A stretch of 64,000 bases of DNA from the IMG/VR virus record IMGVR_UViG_3300031841_004526, one strand, 5' to 3'. Within the stretch, counting starts at the first letter, position 1, and each line of letters begins with the position of its first letter. Of this stretch, positions 36,446-46,900 are shown piece after piece. The notes beneath the pieces were generated by a model. That model was not told the origin of the DNA. It saw only the letters and a program-made list of their open reading frames with translations, and ran no database searches. A program made the translations under genes and the position numbers. The DNA is from an uncultured virus (IMG/VR IMGVR_UViG_3300031841_004526) (lineage: Duplodnaviria; Heunggongvirae; Uroviricota; Caudoviricetes).

Positions 36446-38293
36446 ATGCAACATCAAATATCTAACTTAAATGATAGCTCAATTGAATATACAATATTAA
36501 CAGATCCACCAGGTAGTGGTACAGTTATATCTTTTGGTGGAATAACATTTAATCCGGTTCCAAAAGTTTCTATGAATATAGAAACATATAAAACTGGAGC
36601 TTTTGTTATTGGTGGCATTATGAATGTTACGCTAGAAGGTGTTTTTCATGGAGATAATTTTACAGCTACAGCAAATCAACTTACTGGAAAAATTAATGCC
36701 TTAGCATCCAACCACAAATGTATAGATGATATTACTATTAAGTGTGGCGATACTGCTATTATTGATAGTGGTATAGGCTGGATTAAAAGCTATTCATTTC
36801 CACAGGGCGAACAAAGTAACTGGTACAACATTATACCATATACCATAGAATTAGCTGTGGCACGAAACAGTGGTGCAGAATTGGTGGTTCCAGATCCAGA
36901 AATAGCGAGTAGATATGCTTTAGGTAATAATTATTTGAGAAGTTTAAAGGAAGATGTTTCTATCTCCATAGATGAGACTGCTCTGCAAACATATTCTCCT
37001 TCTGGCACTTCTAGCATGGGTTCGAATCATAGATACAGTAATGATCATATTATTGTTAAATATTCCATTGAGGCTCAGGGATTGGAAACTTGTAATGGTT
37101 GCGCCGCAGGTAGTGGGGTTGTTGGAGGCATAGAAGCTGCTAAGAACGTAATAGCTCATAGGCACTATAATTTACAAACTCTAAATGACAACCTTTTTGC
37201 TTGCGGTAGTGGTTTATTTCCATCGGGCAACTATGATTTTACTAAAAGATATAATCATACCAGAGACGTTAGTTATTCTGAACTAGATGGTAGCATATCT
37301 GTAAATGGCACTTATATTGTACGCCCCACTGGCGTAGCACACAATATATTATTGACATTAGATTCTAATGCAGATTCTAGTATAGAAACTGGGGAAAAAA
37401 CCATTACTATCAACGGTAATATTCGTGGTTTGGTAGAAAACACTTTTAGTAGCGACTTATTTGCTCAAAGCAATGAAGATAAGATTAACAAACAAACTGC
37501 AGCCATGAATGCTGCTGAATCACATTTGTATCACTTGGTTAATAGTGATGCTAGTGGTATTATGGATTATGTTAAAGGTAAAAATAATTTAATCACTTTC
37601 AATAATGCTGTAGGTGATAGCAAGAATAAACTAGGGTACGGTGATGATAATACTGGAGAAAATTGGGCTCAAGACACAAATTCTTGGACAGGACATGACA
37701 CTAACGAATTTAGACTATTACAGAAAACCTTTAAAAGAAATCCTGTTACTAGCTCAATAGACTTTACATTAACATATTCAAATAAGAATAAACACAAAAT
37801 ACCATATGCTTTATGGGCAGATATTAATATAGAACACGAATTGCCTGCCAGAAGATTAGTTGAACATGTGGTACCAGGCAGAGGGTATCCTTTAATACAA
37901 GATATTATGTGCGATACCTTAGATAGTTATACTATTACTGTAAATGCTCAATTTGAGCCTACAAGAAATATACATAAGGTTATAGGCGCAGCTGCTGAAA
38001 CGATATTACTATTGATTAATGAAACCGCTAATGACTTAAATGCGTCTAGTTGGATTAGAACTCAAGACAGTGAAAGTATAGGTAACAACGGGTCATACAG
38101 GAGAACAATCAAATTGACTAGACACAGTTGCTTTGACGGGGCTACTTCGTCTAGTGCATTGGATTATGTAAGGATGCAACCGCCCAATTTTAGTAATGAG
38201 GCAGAGACCGAGGCTTCAGAACCTAGCCAAGCACCTACTATCAACATAGCAGATACCTTAAACAACGAACCAACATTACCAGTATCAGAATAG
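36446..38293 (+). CDS. tail-tip/distal tail-like protein
   Basis: Directly after the tape measure; beta-rich. Confidence 0.55.
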   Translation: MQHQISNLNDSSIEYTILTDPPGSGTVISFGGITFNPVPKVSMNIETYKTGAFVIGGIMNVTLEGVFHGDNFTATANQLTGKINALASNHKCIDDITIKCGDTAIIDSGIGWIKSYSFPQGEQSNWYNIIPYTIELAVARNSGAELVVPDPEIASRYALGNNYLRSLKEDVSISIDETALQTYSPSGTSSMGSNHRYSNDHIIVKYSIEAQGLETCNGCAAGSGVVGGIEAAKNVIAHRHYNLQTLNDNLFACGSGLFPSGNYDFTKRYNHTRDVSYSELDGSISVNGTYIVRPTGVAHNILLTLDSNADSSIETGEKTITINGNIRGLVENTFSSDLFAQSNEDKINKQTAAMNAAESHLYHLVNSDASGIMDYVKGKNNLITFNNAVGDSKNKLGYGDDNTGENWAQDTNSWTGHDTNEFRLLQKTFKRNPVTSSIDFTLTYSNKNKHKIPYALWADINIEHELPARRLVEHVVPGRGYPLIQDIMCDTLDSYTITVNAQFEPTRNIHKVIGAAAETILLLINETANDLNASSWIRTQDSESIGNNGSYRRTIKLTRHSCFDGATSSSALDYVRMQPPNFSNEAETEASEPSQAPTINIADTLNNEPTLPVSE

Positions 38294-38300
38294 GATAGGC

Positions 38301-39194
38301 ATGTTTAGGATTTATTATGATATTAATGTAAGAAGCTCTAGGAAAGAACTTTACTTCCCACAAAGCATAAATAAAGTCTACAACTATATTAAGTGCAATA
38401 ATATTGACATTAATAATGTAGAGCTTAATAAAATCTATTCGGTAAATGGAGTAGACCAAATAGTTCACAAAATAGATGACACAGGATTCTTTATTGCACC
38501 AGGTATTTTTATCGCTAATCCTTTAGAGAAAGACAACTATAGCATAGTTATTAATGACACCACCTACTCATTATCTTTCAATCCTTATGACGATATTGAT
38601 CAAATATTGGTAGGTTCCGTGGTTTTTGCAGACAGAGTTGGTAGCTGTAGGGCTGGTGATACCCTAAGATTAATTGAGGATGCTGATACATTAGCGCTAT
38701 TAAACTATGTAACAATTACTGATGTAGAAAATTTGTTTGGAATATACTTACATGAAGCTCCTACTACTGTAGCTTATTTTGATCATTCCTTACCTGTTTT
38801 AGATTGGTTAAACAAATGCAATAATCTCTATGGTCAATCTTTGAGCACGCCCAAAAAAGATGTCAACATATTTTTATACTACCGAATATATGGTGGTATT
38901 CCACATATGAAAAGATCGGCAGATAATACATACGATTTTATCTTACAAAATTTAACCACCAACGAAGAAATATCTTTAAAAGCTAAGCAGTTTGGTTATC
39001 AACAAATTAATCTAAAACATAGATATAGACTCAAAATCACAGATGCTATGGGTGATATTCCACTAATGATTAATGATACCGCAAATTCTGCTGAATATAT
39101 TGAGTTAGACTTAACAAATCCCTCTATGTATATACCAATAGAAACATTATCAGAGGGTAATACAAAATTAAGACCTTTATCGGAGATATGGTGA
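38301..39194 (+). CDS. hypothetical protein
   Basis: 297-aa ORF within the tail operon. Confidence 0.6.
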   Translation: MFRIYYDINVRSSRKELYFPQSINKVYNYIKCNNIDINNVELNKIYSVNGVDQIVHKIDDTGFFIAPGIFIANPLEKDNYSIVINDTTYSLSFNPYDDIDQILVGSVVFADRVGSCRAGDTLRLIEDADTLALLNYVTITDVENLFGIYLHEAPTTVAYFDHSLPVLDWLNKCNNLYGQSLSTPKKDVNIFLYYRIYGGIPHMKRSADNTYDFILQNLTTNEEISLKAKQFGYQQINLKHRYRLKITDAMGDIPLMINDTANSAEYIELDLTNPSMYIPIETLSEGNTKLRPLSEIW

Positions 39195-39198
39195 TAAT

Positions 39199-42100
39199 AT
39201 GTCTATATTTGATAATAATATACACGTTCAAAAACCTGGCAAGTTTTCTCTTGGCGAATCTTCCAACCCTATACCATATCAACAATGGGCAAATTGTGAC
39301 ATCAAAGGCTTTGATTTACATCTAGGTTACGGATCACAAGAAACAACACTTACCCTTAATCTTGTTGAAACCATGGAGCCTCCTGCTGCTGGTCAAACAG
39401 GCACAGGACAAAACCTTATAAATGAAACATATCCCAATGCAGAAAGTTGTGATTCTCCTTCTCCAGACCAACCCTGCGTTACTCGGGCATACAATGGCGT
39501 TTTAGGCCAATTGTACAATATACAATTTTTTGCCACTAATGGAGATGTGGTTTTTGAATTTGCTGGTGTCTTGCAAGACCATGATATCAAAATGGATTCT
39601 GGTGGTCGCACTATTACCGCTAGGTTAGTAGATGGCAAGCAATATTTAGACAACGTAACCATTATTACTAATAAATATTATAGCAGAAGCTATGTCTATG
39701 ATAATTCTACTGGTAGCAGTAAAAACGTTTTAAATGCATTATATGAAGCTGAACCTGGTGTTTCTGCACAGTTTGATAAACTTACTAATTATACTTCTGG
39801 TTTAGACAAATGCGCTTATTATATGGATAGCGGGACAGACAAGGATGGTATGCCAGCACTATTTGTGCTTGGTCAATTTATGTCTGCTACTAGGTATTTA
39901 TCTTTTCCATTAACTACTCAACAAGCTAGAATTAATATAGATGACGTATACAACGCATTAACATCCGACGTTAAAGCTATACCATTAAGAATAAATGACA
40001 CATCTATTTCTTTATTAAGTTTATTGCAAATGGTATCTGATGCAACTGGTAGAGAGTTTTTTGCCTATATGGAATATAATGATAGTGGCTTTGAAATTGT
40101 AGTGAAAACTATAGATAAGACAAAAATTATATCTGGCACTACGTTAAGAAATAAAATTAATGACTTATATTACAGTCAGTCACGAGGTAGCCGTAATTAT
40201 TCTAGTGTTAGTTATGGTCAAGAAGCTGTAACAGAAAATACTAGAAATATTATTATTGGAAGTAATATGAGATATATGTTAGAAATTGAAAGAGATACTC
40301 AGTTCGATGTATTTGGTACTAGCTCTTGGGAAAATTGGCAAATTCAAACTTGGACATCAACTACCCCTGATCCGCAAGATTTAGACAATGTAATTCCTAA
40401 AACAGGTTCGGAAGCTATTGTTAAAACATTAGACTACACGGAAAAACCTTCAACAGCCTGTTATGATGCAAGTCAATGGGTACCACAAGGAGGCGGCACA
40501 TGTAACATTCCTACTGGTGGCGGTAGAATTGCTATGTTACTAGGAGAAATGTTGAATGGTTTTAGCGCAGACGGCATTCCTACATATAGATTAAATGTAA
40601 GTAATTTATGTGGAGATATTATTGATACAACGTATGACATTACAGAGTTGTGTCAAATATTAGGATTGGGATGCACAGGTACTGCTAGATTAAGTCAAGA
40701 AGAATTACTATTTAGCGAAACCTACGAATCATATATCAATTGGTCTATTATGCATCCAGGTTCTATAGGGTACACTTTTGGTCAAGCTATATTTGGTAGC
40801 TTGTGGGGAAATTTTGAAAAATATGCTTTGAAAATTTTTGCGGATATTGTTGACAATGGTAGCTTCGACAGCTTTAAAGATCCAGCATTAGCGTTTCCTG
40901 ATGCTCAAGTTAGTCAAAAACTTTTTGAAGTTGTTCATCAATACGTTAAAAATATATATGATAATTATTATGGTAGAGAATATGTTGTGCTTTTGGATTC
41001 TAAGATTAATGGTGTTAATAGTTTTGATGTGTGTTTAGGTAAAAGCTATAACACTTGGTCTGCTAGTGCTGATGGTCAAGCGCCCGGCTCATCGCCATCT
41101 TCAGCAACTTTACCCATAAGTCAAGTAACTGACTTTATACAAAATGGTGTAGTTCAACAGGCGATTAAAACTGCTGGGTCAAATGGCTACCTTTCTGCTA
41201 CAGACACTATAGTTAATGGAGGATGGTTTGCTGGTACTGCGGCCTATCATAGCAATATACTTGGTATTGATGCCACAAACGGACTTAGTACTTTTCTTAA
41301 TGACGATAATACTATTGGTGGATTTATTAAATATGGACCAGTAGATAATATATGTAAAAGAATAGGCAATGTAACTTTTTCCTTCAGAGTTGATCTTAGT
41401 GATCTAGACCCTAAAGATTTTTATATCTACCAAAATAATTTATATTTACGGGCTAGTTTTAGCGAAGAGATGTATTTCACGGCATTTGCTGGTGCCAATT
41501 ATGGAGGAGATAAAGTATTTGCTAGATTTAGTATTCCACGAGTTAAGCTTGTGCCGTCTTTAAATACTAACGCAGCAGTTGGTAGAGCTGCTAGTAGAAT
41601 GGCTTTAATAGCATTGCAAGCTATGACTGATATTACAAAATTAGATGCTATTGCTGATGGCACCATTACTTTAGAACAGGCAATTAAAGATAAGTTGGCT
41701 GGCGGTGGCATTAATCCAGGCACTTGGGACGGCATAGCTTCCAATTTAGCTATTACTAATTTAGCAAAAATTTCTGTACCGGCTATTGTGCCACTAGCTG
41801 TAGCTATTCCGTTTGAAAGCCAAACTATGACATATGGCCCGTGGCACTTTCAGACAGAAGAGACCGGCGGTATGCAGGTTATAGATTACGATATTAACCC
41901 TTGGTCTTATGGTTTCGGAAGTACTGCTCATAATGATAGCTTTGTTAACATGAGAGCAGATGGTATGTTATTGGCCAGGAACGGTGCTTGTGGTCGTACA
42001 TATCAAGAAAAAGCCACTTTGAGCTTTGTAGGATTACCATCATTTAATATAGGTAGCTTAGCGGACGATACTGATATTCAGTCTGCTATTTTAAGCGATA

Positions 42101-43947
42101 TAACATTTAATTTTGGTGTTGATGGTGCCAAAACCAATATGACATATCAAACATTTAGTCCTAAATTCGGCTCGATGCCTCAATACGTTGTAGAGGCTAA
42201 CAAAAAGACCATTGCTAATAAATTAGAGTATATGAGAACTTTTCGTGCTGATAGATATAAAAATAGAGCAATGTCATTAAAGCTTAGAGAAGATGTATTG
42301 AAAATCATGGCTGGTAAAGGTGGTGGAGGTGGAGGTGGTTCTGCAGGAACAGAAAATCCTACATACAATTCTAAATACGATCATTCTCCATCTAAATTAT
42401 TAGTGGGCGGTTATCTTAATAAAAATACAACAGAAGAAATCACCAATAATTCATTTAATGTAGGCACAGACTCGAGTACAGTACAGACGCATACATATAC
42501 TCAAGATAAATGTGAAGATATTGACAACAATCCATTTCCACTAACAAAAAATGCTCCAGATAATACTAATGGAAATATTTTAAAAAGATATGTTAGTGCT
42601 GAAATACATCCTACATATGAGTTTGATACTACTCAAGCTGAATACTATAAAAATATGAGTATTATGAGTATGGATGGAATATTTTTACCTGTATCTGTTA
42701 ATGGCGGAAGTAATAATAAGCTGTGCAGATATGCCACACCTAAAACATATAGCACATTACCTAAAAGCAGGCCAATACATTCCATGCCACCCATTCAGTA
42801 TAATGGTCAAGAATTTTTTAACTTAGACATTCACAACAAATACTTAAACCCTATACTTAATACGTCTATTATGTCTTCTGATTGGTCAGATGGTAGACAA
42901 AATGGGAGCAATAAAGGTTTTGTAATTATTAATATAGGACAAGGCGACACACCACAAGAACATATTAATTTTGATGAATTAAAGGAGACCGGTGGATCTA
43001 CGGCTATAGATAGAGCTAATTTCTCTGATTTTAGATTCCATGCACTTAGAGGCCCACTGGTATTACAATCTTGGGGCTATGATATTAATGGCAAGCCTAT
43101 ACCTAATGCTAATGACTCAGCAACTGCCGCTGAAGCTGGTCAGTTTAATGATATCTTCCTTAAGGATAAATTCTTAAAAAATTGGCTAGCAAACCCCAAA
43201 ACATGGCCTGTAGGACCAATAGATCTACGCTGGGATAGACACAGAGGCGTATGGGTATCCCCACCAGCCAACAAAATAATTGTAGCTAGACTTACCAGCA
43301 AAATGAATCCCTTTGGCACCGCCTCTGCAGAACTATTAAATCCTGCATCTGGCGGCAAACAATATTATAACGAATACAATTTATATGGGCCAGATGGAGA
43401 AAATATTAAAGAAGATGTTAGAAATTGCACAGTTACAGTTCATGACTATATAGGTCAAGCATTACCAAAGTGTGCTATTGTTTATGTTTATTATGATGAC
43501 GGTAAATATATTGTAGTTAATGCTGGCGTTAATATATTACAAAGAGCTAGGATAGGCTCTGGTAATACGATTAGTTGTAACGGTAAATGCAAGGGGGAGC
43601 TTTTTTATATAGAAGAAGGAGGTGGGTATTCATATGGTGATCCTTATTCTATAGAAATTATAGACACAATGGGCATAGTGCCTCAAACTTTGCCTGGATA
43701 CACTAGATTATGGGTCACTAAACTCGATGATAGTCCAGCTTATGAAATAGTTTACATAGGCAATAGAGAAGATGCTAATTGTGGATCATGTGGTGGTTTT
43801 GGGGTATATAGTATTGCTGGAGTTGATTTTAATAAGTTGCCAACTGTTACCACTGTAGGAAAGGTACTTACTGTTACTGATGGTGGCTGTTTGGCACTGG
43901 TTGGCACTAGTGACTGTACTTCACAATCATCAGCAGGAACGACATAG
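39199..43947 (+). CDS. large baseplate hub/central tail protein (1582 aa)
   Basis: Hub-like N-terminus (LG.G.Q.TTLTL.LVE...F.F.G.LQ); YGPW and GP.DLRWD motifs. Confidence 0.6.
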   Translation: MSIFDNNIHVQKPGKFSLGESSNPIPYQQWANCDIKGFDLHLGYGSQETTLTLNLVETMEPPAAGQTGTGQNLINETYPNAESCDSPSPDQPCVTRAYNGVLGQLYNIQFFATNGDVVFEFAGVLQDHDIKMDSGGRTITARLVDGKQYLDNVTIITNKYYSRSYVYDNSTGSSKNVLNALYEAEPGVSAQFDKLTNYTSGLDKCAYYMDSGTDKDGMPALFVLGQFMSATRYLSFPLTTQQARINIDDVYNALTSDVKAIPLRINDTSISLLSLLQMVSDATGREFFAYMEYNDSGFEIVVKTIDKTKIISGTTLRNKINDLYYSQSRGSRNYSSVSYGQEAVTENTRNIIIGSNMRYMLEIERDTQFDVFGTSSWENWQIQTWTSTTPDPQDLDNVIPKTGSEAIVKTLDYTEKPSTACYDASQWVPQGGGTCNIPTGGGRIAMLLGEMLNGFSADGIPTYRLNVSNLCGDIIDTTYDITELCQILGLGCTGTARLSQEELLFSETYESYINWSIMHPGSIGYTFGQAIFGSLWGNFEKYALKIFADIVDNGSFDSFKDPALAFPDAQVSQKLFEVVHQYVKNIYDNYYGREYVVLLDSKINGVNSFDVCLGKSYNTWSASADGQAPGSSPSSATLPISQVTDFIQNGVVQQAIKTAGSNGYLSATDTIVNGGWFAGTAAYHSNILGIDATNGLSTFLNDDNTIGGFIKYGPVDNICKRIGNVTFSFRVDLSDLDPKDFYIYQNNLYLRASFSEEMYFTAFAGANYGGDKVFARFSIPRVKLVPSLNTNAAVGRAASRMALIALQAMTDITKLDAIADGTITLEQAIKDKLAGGGINPGTWDGIASNLAITNLAKISVPAIVPLAVAIPFESQTMTYGPWHFQTEETGGMQVIDYDINPWSYGFGSTAHNDSFVNMRADGMLLARNGACGRTYQEKATLSFVGLPSFNIGSLADDTDIQSAILSDITFNFGVDGAKTNMTYQTFSPKFGSMPQYVVEANKKTIANKLEYMRTFRADRYKNRAMSLKLREDVLKIMAGKGGGGGGGSAGTENPTYNSKYDHSPSKLLVGGYLNKNTTEEITNNSFNVGTDSSTVQTHTYTQDKCEDIDNNPFPLTKNAPDNTNGNILKRYVSAEIHPTYEFDTTQAEYYKNMSIMSMDGIFLPVSVNGGSNNKLCRYATPKTYSTLPKSRPIHSMPPIQYNGQEFFNLDIHNKYLNPILNTSIMSSDWSDGRQNGSNKGFVIINIGQGDTPQEHINFDELKETGGSTAIDRANFSDFRFHALRGPLVLQSWGYDINGKPIPNANDSATAAEAGQFNDIFLKDKFLKNWLANPKTWPVGPIDLRWDRHRGVWVSPPANKIIVARLTSKMNPFGTASAELLNPASGGKQYYNEYNLYGPDGENIKEDVRNCTVTVHDYIGQALPKCAIVYVYYDDGKYIVVNAGVNILQRARIGSGNTISCNGKCKGELFYIEEGGGYSYGDPYSIEIIDTMGIVPQTLPGYTRLWVTKLDDSPAYEIVYIGNREDANCGSCGGFGVYSIAGVDFNKLPTVTTVGKVLTVTDGGCLALVGTSDCTSQSSAGTT

Positions 43948-43949
43948 TT

Positions 43950-46900
43950 ATGGACAACTATACGGCGTTAGAGCAATTATCTCATATATATCATGCATAT
44001 AATGGCTTGCCAAAAGCAGAAGCCTTAATGTGTATTCATAATACTATTGGCTTGATATTTGATTCTGGTACCATTGTACCTAGTGGCGAAATGCCGGTCA
44101 CAGAAAGCGCCCTGACTACTGCTATTATAGAAAAATATTCTGACTATTATCAAAATATCAGAGCAGAGGGCGCTAAGGTAGAACGGTCTTTTTTAAAGTT
44201 GTACCAATTAGATCAGCTTGATAAAACCAAAGCTTTATCCATAGAAAACTTTAACGATATTACTGACGTTAAATTAAGCGAGGAATGTGTTAACAATAGT
44301 GGTATAGGCTGCGATCAACCAATACCTATAGATGTTATGCATTCTGGATTTAATTTTGAGTGTAAATTATATTCTGGTGTACCGCTTTTTGGACGGTACA
44401 TACCCAATGCTACACTAGACTTATCTGCGGGTCGTACATATCTATTTAACATAGATTCTTCAGGCCATCCATTTGCGATACAAACAGTTGCTGAGCCTTA
44501 TAATTCTGGCAGCCTAGTGCCATTGTCAAATAATCCTACAGCAACTGGGACTATAGAATTAGAAATTCCAAAAAGTGGCTTATGGATCAATAATCAACAA
44601 TATAAAACACTATACTATGCTTGTGCTAATGATGGTGATAAGCTACATTTTGACAATTATGAGAATATCAATTTTACAATTATAGGTACAAATGATGTGC
44701 CTATTATTACTGATATTAAGGATAACTTTATAGGGGTGGCAGAAGAAGTTGATGCTACTGGTCAAATTATTTTAGCTAACGGAAAAGTACGCCTATTAGA
44801 TTTGGATTTTGAAGATACACTGACTTATACAATTACACCTCTTACTTTTTTTGGTCAATTAACCAGCCCTGATCGATTTTCTATAGAATTAGAAGCAGAT
44901 CCTAGTGGTGATCTATTAACCAATGCTGGTTATGTTGATATGGTTTGGAAATATTCTGGATTACCTACAAATTTAGATTTCTTAAGATTCGGACAGACTC
45001 TTCCTTTAAGATGGAATTTAAAATTTAATGACGGTCACCAGAACTCAAATACGGTACCTATTAGCATTTATTTATATGGAACTAATGATCCAGTAATCTT
45101 GAATACCGGTTTAGATTCTGTCATGAGTGGAACAGTAACTGCATTGCCAAATTATTCTACTGATATATTATCTACAGAAGGTTATTTTTATTTTCAAGAT
45201 CCTGATTTAGGAGATGTCCACAGAACTTATTATGAGAAAATTTCTGGTAATCACGGGGTTTTAGGATTAAGTTTAGATGAAGCTAATAAAAAAGTAACTT
45301 GGATATATGATGTGAGTAATGTAGAGCTATGGACGCTATCTTCTGGCATGGTAGTGGAGGAAGTATTTAGGATATATGTAGCAGATAATTATGGATCTTC
45401 TTTTTCGGAAGATATTTCCATCTCTCTTAGTGGGGTCGATCAATTCGGTACCCAATCAATAGACTATGATATTTCTCAGTACACAACCTTCAATTGTAAT
45501 CCTTCTGGTACAGGTATTACTCTAATTGAAACAAATTTTCCGTTTTATAAAAGTGGGGAGTTTTGTTTATCTGGAATATCTATTAATTTTGATGACAAGG
45601 TCTCACTTACTGCAACAGTAGAAATTAGTGGTCGTACTTCTGGACTTCCTGTGAGCAGTGGTCAGGTTCTGGATATGCTTAGCTATAATCTAGATAAGGA
45701 AAATGAAAAAATTACCTGGGTCTTTGATAGTAAACCCGAAGCTTTTAATTATTTACGCCTAAATGACAATCTGAATATATCATATCAGATTCGTATAGCT
45801 GAAGATAAAGAAGGCGGCATAATCAATATTAAACCGCCGTTTCAGCCTTATATTGTTGAGCCTAGATACGACGCATATCTTGAGCCTGGTACACATGACT
45901 ATATTGATAGTAAATATTGGGGAACTAATGAGAGAATACCATTAAAATATGGTGGTTTAAGTGACATTAAAGTATTTTTTGACCGCAACACTAATTGTGT
46001 TGACATTAATAATTTTAAGTATTTGGCTAGCGGCTCTTTGCTTTTAGACAATATTCGTATTCCTTTTCATCCTCAAATTATATCAGAAGATCAAGATGTT
46101 TTTGCTGGTTATAAACCTTCAGATTTGATATCTCAAAACGGTAATTGGGGATGGAATAATTTTTTATATACTTCTGAATTATCTGAATCACAAAAACGAA
46201 AATATATATTGCAAATTGGCAAAAACTATGAAGATATACTAAAAGAATACGATGAGAAAGGAGAAGTAAGCCCTTACCTATATAGTACAAAATGGCCAGC
46301 AGAAAAAGTATATGTTAGTTTCGAGCCATCATTTATTGGCGTAAGCGGTATTCATTACGAAAGCGGAGATCCACCATTAATAAATGTTATAACAGACAAG
46401 GGCGAATTATTATGTAGTGGTGAGCCAGTAGCTTATCGCAACATTAGCTTAGTAGATATTAGACCAAATGTTTATGCTGTTAATACTTATCTAAATAGTC
46501 AATTAGCCACTAATTCCACTTTTGTTACCAAGTGTTCATCTCCTATTATAGGCTATTTTTTAACTGCAGACAACCAACCTTTCGGCAGTTACTTTCAACT
46601 AGAATATATGGTTAAAAATGGTCAAAGCGCCTATACTCTATCTGCCCTTAGTGTTTTGGTGCAAAATCGTGAATGGCACAGAGATGCCGGTCATGCCCTA
46701 CTTTCTACTTCCATAGAAATAGATAATGATGAGATTGTAGATATTATAGAATTAAGTAATGCGGTAGAGACTTTTGGTATTATATCTTGGGCTGAAGGTT
46801 ATGACGGAGCAATAAGATCGGACGAAGACGGATTATCTACACTAGGTAAAATTACTAAGGTTGGCAGCATTAGAGGCACTTTTGCTACTGTTTGTACTTG